Of a stretch of 64,000 nt of DNA, positions 47,201-59,200 are shown one piece after another. The notes beneath the pieces were generated by a model that did no database searches, was not told where the DNA came from, and was given only the letters and a program-made list of their open reading frames with translations. Origin of the DNA: Heteronotia binoei (taxonomy: Eukaryota); the NCBI RefSeq assembly GCF_032191835.1, contig NC_083233.1, positions 61,628,001 to 61,692,000 of the forward strand, read 5' to 3'. The first letter of the stretch is position 1. Each line of letters begins with the position of its first letter. Made by a program: the position numbers and the translations under genes.

Positions 47201-50200
47201 TTCCAGATGGCTCTTTGGGATCCTTGGCCCCCTGGCGCTTCTCTAGATGAGCTAGCGAAGCCCTGGCATAACAGCCATCGATGAGATCGCTCCCAAGCGC
47301 CCTCTGTGCCCTCGCACAAAGCTGGCACCCTGGTGCACACCGAGACTACGGCAGATGAAACGGAGGCTCAGATGGCTAGAGAGGCAGTGGCAGCGAGCCC
47401 GCGACGAAGTGACAAGAACAGCTTAAAGGTCATATATGAGAACCTATGAGGTGGCAGTCAGGACCACTAAGAAAATATATCTTACGACCATGACTGTATC
47501 TGTGAACTCGCGCCTAGCACAATTATTTAGGACAATTCGGTCTTTAACTACCCTACCACAGGGTATTCCAAATGCTAGGGAATTGGATATAGGCTGTGAG
47601 GCATTTGTGAGCTTTTTCGCAGATAAAGTCCTGTCACTCCGCCTTGACCTCCCTGCCACCTTGGAAACAGTAAGTGAACTCAAGACTCCGCGCACGTCTT
47701 CTAGTCAAGTTTTGGATTCTATCACTCCACTTAGCCTGGATGAAGTTGACAGAATTCAACTGTGTGCCCAATTACCTGTAGGTCGGACCCATGCCCCTCC
47801 TGGATAATAAAAGCCGGCTGAGAGGAGCTACGGGTCCCCCTAAGGGAAATTGTCAATAGGTCCCTTCTGGAAGGAACCTTCCCCCAGCCTCTTAAAGAGG
47901 CCATAGTTTGCCCTCTCCTAAAAAAGTCATCTTTAGACCCGGCTGAATTGGCAAATTACTGGTCGGTGTCTAACTTGCCGTTTTTAGGCGAGATTACTGA
48001 AAGGGCTGTGGTGGTGCAGCTTCAGAGTTTTCTGGATGATGCTTTTGTGCTCAACCCACATCAATCCAGTTTTCATCCGGGTCACGGGACGGAGACGGTT
48101 CTGGTTGCCCTCACAGATGACCTCCAAAGGCACCTGGATAGAGATGGCTCGGCAGTGCTGATGTTGCTAGACCTGTCGGCGGTGTTTGACACAGTCGACT
48201 ATCAGCTACTGACCTGTCGCCTCGCAGATGCTGGGATTCAGGGGTTGGCCTTGAAGTGGCTTTCCTCCTTTCTCCAGGCTCGGGGACAGAGGGTGGCGCT
48301 AGGAGATGAACTGTCCCGACGACACCCACTTATCTGTGGTGTGCTGCAGGGAGCGGTTCTTTCTCCAATGTTATTCAACATCTACATGTGCCCCCTCACC
48401 CAGATTGTCCAGAGGTACTGGGTTGTCATTAGTACATGGATGACACCCAGCTCTATCTGTTGATGGGTGGCCAGTCCGACTCCACCCCGGAAGATCTGTC
48501 TGCAGCATTTCAAGCTGTGGCGAGGTGGCTCAGGCTGAGTGGACTGAAATTAAATCCGACGAAGACGGAGGTCCTGTATCTGAGCCATCACGGTTTGGGA
48601 CCGGAGGTCCGTTTACCGACCTTTGATGGAGCGCAGCTCATGCTGGTGCCCAAGGTTAAAAGCTTAGGTGTGCTCTTGGATTCCTCTTTAACAATGGAGG
48701 CCCAAGTAGCTGCCACTGTCAAGTCAGCTTTTTACCATCTGCGGATGGCAAGGCAGTTGGTCCCCTTTCTCGAATGCGATGACTTGGCAACAGTGATCCA
48801 TGCGATGGTCACCTCGAGACTGGATTACTGTAATGTCCTCTACATGCGGCTGCCCTTGTCCCAAATCCAGCGACTCCAGCTAGTGCAGAATGCTGCAGCC
48901 AGACTGTTAATGGGAGTTCCTTTACGGGAGCACATTCAGCCTGTGCTGAAAGCGCTGCACTGGCTATTGATAATGTACCGGATTCGTTTCAAGGTGCTGG
49001 TTATTACCTTTAAAGCCCTATATGGCCAGGGTCCTGCATACCTTAAGGACCGCCTTTCCCTGCATATGCCCCAGCGAGCACTTCGGTCAGGGTCTCAAAA
49101 CTTGCTGACAGTCCAAAGCGTCAGAAAAGCAAGGCTCAAATCAACAAGAGCCAGGGCCTTTTCCGCTGCTGCCCCTAGCTGGTGGAATGAGCTGCCAGAA
49201 GAGATCAGGGCCCTGTGAGAGCTTTCACAGTTCCGCAGGGCCTGCAAAACGGCACTCCTCTGCCATGCATTTTTATAATGACAACATCTGCAGCAGCGGG
49301 ACTGGCCCATAGAAACATCACCAATGGTCTACCTCTTTATGTTATCGCGATCATAGGAGCTCTTAGAATGGCTGACCACCATTCAGATCGCTGTCTGAAA
49401 CCTTGATACCAGTATAAGTAGATGCTTTTAGAAATTGTTTTTATGTTTTATGCTTTTACTGTTGTTTTATTTTATTTGGTCACACAATGTAACTCTGTGA
49501 CTTCAAATTTGTGAGCCGCCCTGAGCCTGACTCGGTGGGGAGGGCGGGATATAAATCAAATCAATAAAAATAAACAGCAGGCTACTGGCCAGATCTCTCC
49601 TCTACCTTGAGCTACTCCTACAAATCTCTCCAAAATTGCATGCTTTTGCTCTGTCATGAACACCAAACTTTGGGTTCTGCCTCTTTAAATACCTTGAAGG
49701 CTGGTCCAGGAGCCCTGTCCACATACGGTGTATCTGAGCCTTCCAGCCGCAAAGGGGTGCTTTCTATCTCACCCCACGTCATCAGAGGCGATTCATTCGC
49801 ACCTAAGAAGACAAGTTTCACACATGAGTATAATGAAAGAAGCCAACAGCCTGCTCTTGCTAAAGCATCACATTGGCCCAAAGTGCTCAGAGCAGTGAAA
49901 CTACAGTTCAGCTAGATAAAAATGGCAACCTCTCTTCAATGCACAGTCCCATCCTGATTTCAATGGGACATGACCAGGCCTTTGCCTTCAAATTCGGGCA
50001 TTAATTTGGAAATGTCTATTCTGTTTCATCACTTGTTCAGGCAGCTTATCGTCCTCAAGGTACAGCATTTTTAAAAAATTACAAAATTTGTAGAATTCAT
50101 CTCTCCCATTTTCTCATGGTTCACAGAGTTATGGATTGGGCTGTATTTACTAATGAAATACGTAGCACAGAGCAATTTATTTTAGCAACGCGACCTGCAG

Positions 50201-53200
50201 TTTCTTACCAGGAGCAGGAGAGGGCGTAGCCACAAATCCATATCCATTAACCTTTGGAGATTCTTGCGGAATTAGTTCCTTCCCGTCCGGCCCTACTTTG
50301 CCCTGTTTGTACTGAATTAATGGAATATTAGTCAGTCATCATTTATACAGCATTTAAAAACAGGAGGAATACTAGTCTCCCGCCCTTCTCTCACTGATCC
50401 TCATATTTCGCTGAGGCAGATGATGAATCTCTTATATATTTTAAAATATGCAGTGTTGGCAGCGAGGGGGGGGGAGGGTAATTTGCTGCAGCATCTAAAC
50501 TTCAAACAGATGCCGATTAAACCAAATTCCACCTAAAGCACCAAGTCTGCCATCAAAAATAAGCCATCGAAAATAAGTTACCAATAAAAAAACACCAGGT
50601 CTGCCATCAAAAATAAGCTACCAATAAAAAGAAAAGTAGCAAAAAACCAGGACAGAGAGCTTGGGGGGGGGGGGGTGTTGGACCCTAATTAGGGAAACCT
50701 GGGTTAGAACTCCAATTTGAGCCACAGAGTTCACCTTGGATCTGCAACTGACCCTCAACTTAAAAAGGCAGTTATGAGAATGTATACACCATCCTTCCTT
50801 GTGGAGGGGGCTGAACGGATCTTGGAGGTCCCTTCCAACTTTATGATTCCTCCAAGTTTGAGGTGACTGCATCACTGGCATAATTCCTCCCCTTGCAACG
50901 CCTCTATGAAGTTGCTTAGGTGGAAAGTGACTGATCCATGTGGTCTGGGCAGGGATTCGAACCTGTGTCTTCTCTATCATGAAACTTCTGCCATGTCACC
51001 TAGCTTGAACCCTGGGGAGATAGCTAAGGTCAATGCCCACAAAGATGGGGCCTTTTCAAAGAACACCTCACTCCGGAGAAGGCTTTTTTCCCAATCAGCT
51101 AGGGACTGTTAAAAGTTCAACCAGGGAGAAGTGGCTGACAAATAGAGGAGAGCTCTTAAGCTGTGGACTCTCTTCTGAGGAACATCCCTGTTTTTGTAAA
51201 GGCACACAACAAAGTAGTCTGATTTAAATATATACATTAATCTGTTTAAAGACTGAGGAGTGTGACAAAATAAACATGCCAAACACTAATTGGGCCTATG
51301 TGTTTTATTCACCAACCTGAGCATTGAGGGCTGCTGCCTGCTGGAGCTGGGATTTGCTCACAGCCTGGCTGAACGGATCCTTCAGGAAGCGGGTGTTCCG
51401 GTGGACCACTTCCCGAGGCTTTTTAAACACCTCCTCTTCATCAGGGACACCTACAAAAGCAATGTCAGCAATCAGAGAAAGAGGCAAGCAGGGGGTATTG
51501 CCATTTTAAAATATGCATGGGGCTAGATCCCGTGAACCTGTTCCACTGACAATGGTGCTCTTCCCACAGTGTAAGGAGACTTGCTCTGTCACAAGATGTG
51601 GAAAGCCATTAAGCTGCAGAAGAAAACCATGAGATTCAACCCATGGTGGGTTACATTAATACAATTATCAGCATTATGCAAGCCCCCTCCCCAACTCTAG
51701 AACTTGGGGAGTCTCCAAATCAAAGTCACTGGCAGAAAGAGGCACAAGGAAATGTGTCTTCACACAGTGCATAGTACATCACAAAATTCACTGATCAAGG
51801 TCACTTCCTGCTCCAAAACAGTCACCACAAGTCGAAAATAGCCACTGAAGACCCATGACACCAAGGAGCTAAAATCCTAGAAGCCAGGCTCTATTCATTA
51901 GCGTATGATATAAAAGACTAGAAAGGCAACATAAGCCATTCAGACATACACTGTGCATGAGCATCAACGCAAGCAGGAATGCCAGCTTTTGGGCTGGCAC
52001 CACTGAGAGTTTTCTGGCACAGGCCCAGGCCTGAAATGATGTCTTATGTGCCCAAAGACCTGGGTACTACATAACCACATGGGGTGATGTTGTGGCTGCC
52101 CCTAAACCCAGACCTGCTTAGCTTCAGCACAGAACGTATCTTTGGCCTATTGCTTAGTATGTCTAAATGTCTACTCTGGTTGGTGATGCTTACAATGCCA
52201 CCCGCTTTACCTGGAGGGTAATACATCAGGGAATTCTTTGCCTTATATTCCCACGTCTCCACGCCAGCTTTCCCACTCCCGAGGGCCTGTTGCTCTGCAG
52301 CCGATGGAAGAGCCAGCTGCTCCTGGTGACGCTGAAAGACAATTGTAGAACCAGCCTTCAGCTTCAAGAAGAAGCACAGAAATGGCAACAAGTTTTTATC
52401 AATTTGACATTAATGACGATGCAGAGAATGTTTGCTCTCCAGCTGCAGTGCGACACACCGGAATAGAACCTAACAGCCCTCCTCTTAAGGGGCAAGATAC
52501 ATAGGAAGATCACTGAGATCATCTTCAGGGGCACTGCTCTGTTATGTCCCTGCTTGCCAGTAAACGCTCACTAGATCCTGAACTTTCTATGCTGTAGAAT
52601 AACTTCCAGCTGGTGGCAAGAGCCTGATAAGGATTCTGCATCAGACTAAGATGGTTTTAAAAAAAGCAAAACACGCTTTACATTGGTTTTGTATTTCGAC
52701 TACCTTTCGAACCTCTCAAGTAATTTGGCCTTCAAAGGGACTACACTGACACGGCTTACGGTCCATCTAATTTTGGGGGTTTAGGCTATCAGCACCACTG
52801 TTTTAATATCACCTGTGCTGAATAGCCATCATAGCAATCCTAGGACTTTATTCTACTACCACAGCATCCATTTCATTGGGACAGGTGGTTCTGCAGTGCA
52901 GGGCTGGCACACGGGAGTTGCTGAGGTAGGCAGCTGCCTGGGGCACCACCTTGTCACGGGGGGTGGGGCAGACGCCCTCTCTTGTCCCCGCTCGCACTGC
53001 TTCAGATACTCAGAGGGCTGGGCAAGGGGCAGGGAGGGAAGCAGCTTTGCTGGCTGGGCAGCAGCCACCTGTGATGATGTCACTTTCAGGTGACGTCATC
53101 GTGCTGCGCCTACAAAGTGCGTGCGGTTAGAGTCGGGGGCCGGGGCTGCGGCAGTGAGCCTGGGAATCTTGTTACTCCTGAGATCTCTCTTTGCAGTTTC

Positions 53201-56200
53201 AATCCCATTGTCCACAGCTGGAAAATCCGAATCCAGAAGCTGGCATGAGCTTCATAGTTTGTGCAGCATAATAGTGTTTTCTGCAGAACAAAGTTTGGGT
53301 CCAGTGGCACCACTAATAGTGGGAGAACAGATGGCTCCCTGAACTGATGTGAGAAACACCTTCTGCTTAGAGCAGGAGTGGCCAAACTGGCTGTTTCATA
53401 CATATTATGTGGCTCTTGAGGCCTCACCACCCCGTTGGCTGGCTTGGATAATGCATTTAAAGTTAAAGTTGCTTTATTTCCACCTCCCCATCTATCTTCC
53501 TTCCTCCCTTGCAGTTCTCACATATCTGATGTTCATGTCTCCTGGCTCTCAAACATCTGACATTTATTCTATGTGGCTCTTATGTCAAGCAAGTTTGGCC
53601 ACCCCTGGCTTAGAGGAAAGTGCAACTATTAGTGGAATGGAGTCACAGGAGCCAGCTCACAGGAGCTTACGTTGTCCTTGATGCAAGCATGAATGCCATT
53701 TTCACAGAGGGCACACAATGGGAGTGCTTTCAACAAACATCCTCTTCCTTGCTCCCCCTTCAATGAGCAAGTCAAACTAAACCTCCTGCTTGGCGACATC
53801 TTAAAAAGGTCCCAGAAAAGGTCTCCGGCCTTACCTGGGCAAATTCTTCTTCTGCTTCATAGAGCCACGAGTGTCGGGCTTTCTCCTTTTCTTCGGCCAC
53901 TTCCATGATTTGCTCAAATGAAGCATTATCTTCACTGGTGTGTTTGGCCAAGAAACTGTCCAGACTAGGGAGAGCATCTTTGCTCTCTTTGTCCTCTGTT
54001 TCTTCTGCGGAGAAAAGAGGGAGGCAGCTAAGGAAAAAGAGAAACCAAAAAACAGATACGCCACCCCACACTGCCTCGGGGGGGGGGGGGGGGTTCAAAG
54101 GAGAGTCTTAATGAGCCTTCAAACGAACTTCACCAGAAGCAGAGGAACTAAAAATAAAGCAGGTGATGATGGGATCTGCTATTGCATGGCTGGGCTGTGT
54201 TGGGCCCCCAAAGAGCTTTGGTGAAGCTGTGAACTCTCATTAAATTTCTGGAGATATCCAGTGCCATTGGGGGGGGGGGGGGAGGGAGGAAAAAATTATA
54301 GCAGTTTGTGGTTGAGTTCAAACCTGAAAATATATTTGTGAAATACAAAGAATTAAGAACAAACTCAGATTAATTATATCTGCCAAACATAGCTGTTTTG
54401 CCTGTTTGTAACCCACCTCTCTCTCAGAAGCCCGGGGTTTGGAACAATGTATTAAGAGTACAAACCTAAGCATATGGTGGGCTCTCCTTCCTTGGAGCTT
54501 TTTAAACAGAAGCTAGATGGCCACCTGACAGCAATGAGGATCCTGTGAATTTAGGGGGAGGTATTTGTGAATCTCCTGCATTGTGCAGGGGGTTGGACTA
54601 GATGACCCTGGAAGTCACTTCCAACTCTATGATTCGATATCTAAAAACAATACGGTCTCATATTGATTCAGAACACTGATCTATCTAGCTCAACAGCTGC
54701 TTCCCTTGGCTGGCAGGGCCAAGGCTGCAAGCAGGCAAAGTTCTCTTCCCCGTTTTATACCCGAGATCTGTTAAGCAGAAATGCTAGGGACTCAATGGGG
54801 GCTCTTCTGCATGTAAAGTCGTATGTTTTGGCGCTAAGCTACAGCCTTTCCTTGCTTCTGTAAGAACATATGAAGCTTCCTTATACAAAACCCAGACTCT
54901 GCATTGTCTACTCACACCAGCAGAACTTCTTGGGAACACACGAAACTGCCTCACAAGGAATCAAACCCTCGGTCCACCGAAGTCACTACTGTCTCCTAAG
55001 ACTGGGAAAGGCTCTCCAGGGTTTCAGGCAGAGGCCTTTCACATCACCTACAGCCTGATCCTTTTAACTGGAGGTGCCGGGAATTGAACCGGAGACCTTC
55101 TGAATGCCAGTCAGATGCTCTACCACCAAGCCACAGCCCCTCCAACAGCTGGATTATTTGGGATCATTTTATGGGCAATGCCCGATACAACTTTGCCACT
55201 CCTACATGCAAAGCAGGTACACAACCACTGCCCTGTAGCCTCTCCCTGACAGCCAGGTCCTCCCTGTGTTCATGCTCCACTGCATTCATCACTTGAGTGT
55301 GATACAAGTGGAGGAGCAGCAAAGGGAACAGGCAGCAGCTGTCCCCATCTCCTTCAAAGTGTTCCATGTATTCAGGGAACAAAGAGCTTGAACCAAGAAC
55401 ATTAGATTCTAAGAGCAGGCACAAATCTTGAAACGTGACAATTTTGCACACATCCAAGACAAGCAAATGCTACACTCGAGACTGCTTCCCCTGGCCCTCC
55501 TGAAATCTATCGCAGCAGGATTTCTCAAGAGCCAATTTGTACATTCCCTATTTCCTCACTATTCCTAATCCTTCTGTTTCTTGAGTACACCCTTAAAAAA
55601 AAATTAAGCTGCTTTGAACAGGGATGCATTAGGCCAGTGCCGTTTCGGAATGCAAATGTTGGAAAGTGTGACCAAACCTGCCCAAATGTCAGCGAGAGAG
55701 CTGCTTGAACTCAGAAATGCGCTTGGTTCTGAGTAGCTAAGACAGGTACATCCCCAATTATATACATCAACCCCAATATAAGTGACATCTGACTAATGTA
55801 GCTAGGCAAGATTTTATAGCCTAAAATAGATAATTAAAAAACCATCCAGCTCAGAGTATTTCTGTGCCAGAGAGAGCTCCCCACCCTCTTTCTGGGCAGA
55901 CATCAAAAACCATTCTTGGGAATTAAAAAAGAAGCTATTTCACTGCAGCTGAAACATTGCTAAAGAAATGTAGGCAACAGAGTTGCGTGCTTTTAAGTTA
56001 ACTGACTTCAATGGACTTAGAAGGCTATAACTCTGCTTCAGACTGCACTGTTAGGAACCAATGACTCACAGCTCCACCACAAAACAGCAAAGGATTAATT
56101 TACTCCACTGAATTGCATCAGTTTGCAAACATGTTCTTCCTGGCACTACTACCAGAGATCCTTTTAACACAAAATGCTAAGGACTGGACTTGCTGCGTGC

Positions 56201-59200
56201 AAAGTATGCATTGCACCATCGACCTGTGACCTCTCTCTATAAAAGAAGAAAAGATACATGATAGAATATGAGGGTGCAGGATTCTGAGTCAGACAACTGC
56301 CCTACTTAGCCCAATATGGTTGGTTCTGTATGGCAGCATCTCTCCCAGGATCTCTGCTGAGAGGTATTTCCTAACCTGTCAGGGTATTTTTAATTGGAAC
56401 TGAACACAGGAATTTCTATGTGCAAAGCACTGCTATGCCTTTGAGCAATGGCCCCTCCTGATTTCAGATGTGCACAGAATGACTGCATATTCTTCCAAAT
56501 GGTAAAAACCAAACAACGGCAATGCTTTTAACAATCCAGTCAGAACTGACATTCAATACCTTCATCTGGAGCTTTCAGTGAAGGCTTCTGTTTGTTCAAC
56601 AAGGAGGAAGCACCAGGGTGAACCTCAGGCGTTTCAAATGTGGCTGGTGTAACATCTGCTCAAATGAGAAAAGAAAGCACAGTTCAGACCATCAGTCTTT
56701 TCTTTTTTAACGCTGACCATGACTAATGACCACCCTGCTCCCAGAAGCATGGGGCTTTCAGATGGTGAGGAGAGATCTGACAATGTTACAGGATTTCTAT
56801 GGCAGGCCAGTGGCAAATATTACCAGAGCAGTGCCAGTCTCAGGAACAGACATCCTGAGTACCTGCCAAGGTCCCATAACTTTGGAAGAGACCGCCCCTG
56901 TGCAGCAGCAGTGATTGTAGCCTGCCCTCTTTTGCAGGCCAGACAAAGTGCTGGCATTGTATTGGTTCATCCCTCCTGCCCTTGGCATTAATATCACCAC
57001 AGCCACAGGTGGTGACTCCTCTTCCTCCTGATAACCAGAGGCCGGGTAGCAGGGGCTGCTGACCACTGTTCATTCATTTGCCCAAGCAAACACTGATAGC
57101 CAGTAAGAGCCAGACAAGGAGAGATCAGCAAGTGCATTTGCTGCTGCTTCTCCATGCAGCAGCTGTTCATTCATCCAGCTGGTGAAGAAGTTGCTGCCGC
57201 TTGCTTGCCTGCTCCTTTTTACCTGCATCACAGTGGTGGTGCACAGAAAAGGTACACTGGACATCATTTTGTAAAAGACCTCCCTCCTCAAACTTGGAAC
57301 CAACCTTATTCACAGCATGCAATAATGGCACCTAAAGATGTACTGCAGGCAAGATATGAAATTAGTCTGTCCCAAAAAACCTGCCCTTTAATTGGGGGGG
57401 CGTGGTTTGTTCACCCATGCCCAGTATTCCGCTGCTGCTTAACTCTACCCTACAAGTTAGAATTTACACTTCAAGACAGTCAGTTATGCATCTTATAGAT
57501 ACAAATAGCCCAAATGCCCAAAGACATCCTTACATGGTGCAGGAGTATCTCTGGATGACTTGCCCAAGGAGGAGCCAAACTTGATGGCTATCTGTCTCAT
57601 TTTCTCCAAGTCTCCACTTTCTTCAGCCTCTAAATATTCCTTCTGAGCACGCAGTTTTTCCACATCAGGAAAGAAATCTCTTTGGATGATTTTCTCCAGG
57701 CTCTGTCCGAAATCAAATTTATAATTCGTGGATAAAAGCAATGTTTTAAGATAAATCAAACATCTAAAAAGAATACGTAATTTTGAGGGACACGGGATTT
57801 GGAGAAGAGATCAGTTCATATAATTCAGGCCTGTCAAATCCACAACTGCTGTGCTATCTGTGGACCAACAGGAAATGTTCCAGGTGCATCAATAATGTAT
57901 TTCAACCACTATTCACTGAAGCTCTCACTTTGCAACCTCAAACAATGGGGTTATTAGAGTTTATCAGCTGGCGTAAGTCCTACCAAATGAGCCTCATACA
58001 TCCATTTTCTTTAACCCCATTGGCAGCCCTCAGCAAGCAAACACAGAAAATCCTCACAAACAGCTGTTATGTACACAATCATAAAGATATATAGATTAAG
58101 ACCCAGCTTTTTGTATTAGAAAAAGGATCCTGGCAGAATCATCTCACCTGTTCTCCTAAAACCAGCCAGGGAAGGAGGCAGGGAAGAAAAGCCTACTTTT
58201 TTGTCTCTCTAACGATTCTATGGTTAGTGTAGCCATTTTGAGTGGCTGTCACACCAAGTCTCTTTTGGTGGAGACTAGTACCTCTAGGTCTGGCAGCAAA
58301 AGGATTCTCTCCATGCCTGGAACTTCAAGCCCTCTAGTTCCAGGCATCTTGCAGTTCAAGTGCATGTTGGGGAAGAGCACAACTTTATATCAGACCAGCT
58401 CTTTTCGGCTTGCAACCAAAACATCAGGGAGAAAGCAGTTGTAGTCTCTCCCCCTGCTGTTTCTGCATTTGCAAACTTTCCCTAGATCCATTATTGACTC
58501 AGTTGTGAGGCTTCCATAATTTTACCAAAGGAGCTGATGATGGGTCTGCAAATGCTATGACAATACAACTCTATTGTGTACAGCAGGGGTGGTCAATGGT
58601 AGCTCTCCAGATGTTTTTTGCCTACAACTCCCATCAGTCCCAGCCATCAGCCATGCTGCCTGGGGATGATGGGAGTTGTAGGCAAAAAACATCTGGAGAG
58701 CTACCGTTGGCCAACCCTGGTGTATAGATAAGCTCTCAGAAGGGCCACCCCACAATGTGAGAATAACTGCATTACAAGCCTGTTGTAACCATTACATGAA
58801 GGTAATATCAGAAACACCCACCCAAGGAAAACTGCTGCACTCTCAATTGCGGGCCACAAACACCCAGCAGATTACCCTATAAAGTGTCATAAAATGGCAC
58901 CTTCCTGCTAAGCTATGGGGTCTCTACTGCCCTGACACATCATCTCAAAGCTACAGCATCCTTTTCCCTGAAGCTCAGTTCTCATTCACCCAGTACCCAA
59001 AAAATTCCTTCCCTTGACAGATATGTGGAAAAATTAAGTTATAGCTACCACAGCCAGTTTGGTGTAGTGGTTAAGTGCACAGATTCTTATCTGGGAGAAC
59101 TGGCACTCCTCCGCATGCAGCTGCTGGAGTGACCTTGAGTCAGACATAACTCTCTCAGAGATCTCTCTCAGCCCCACCTACCTCACAGCATGTCTGTTGC

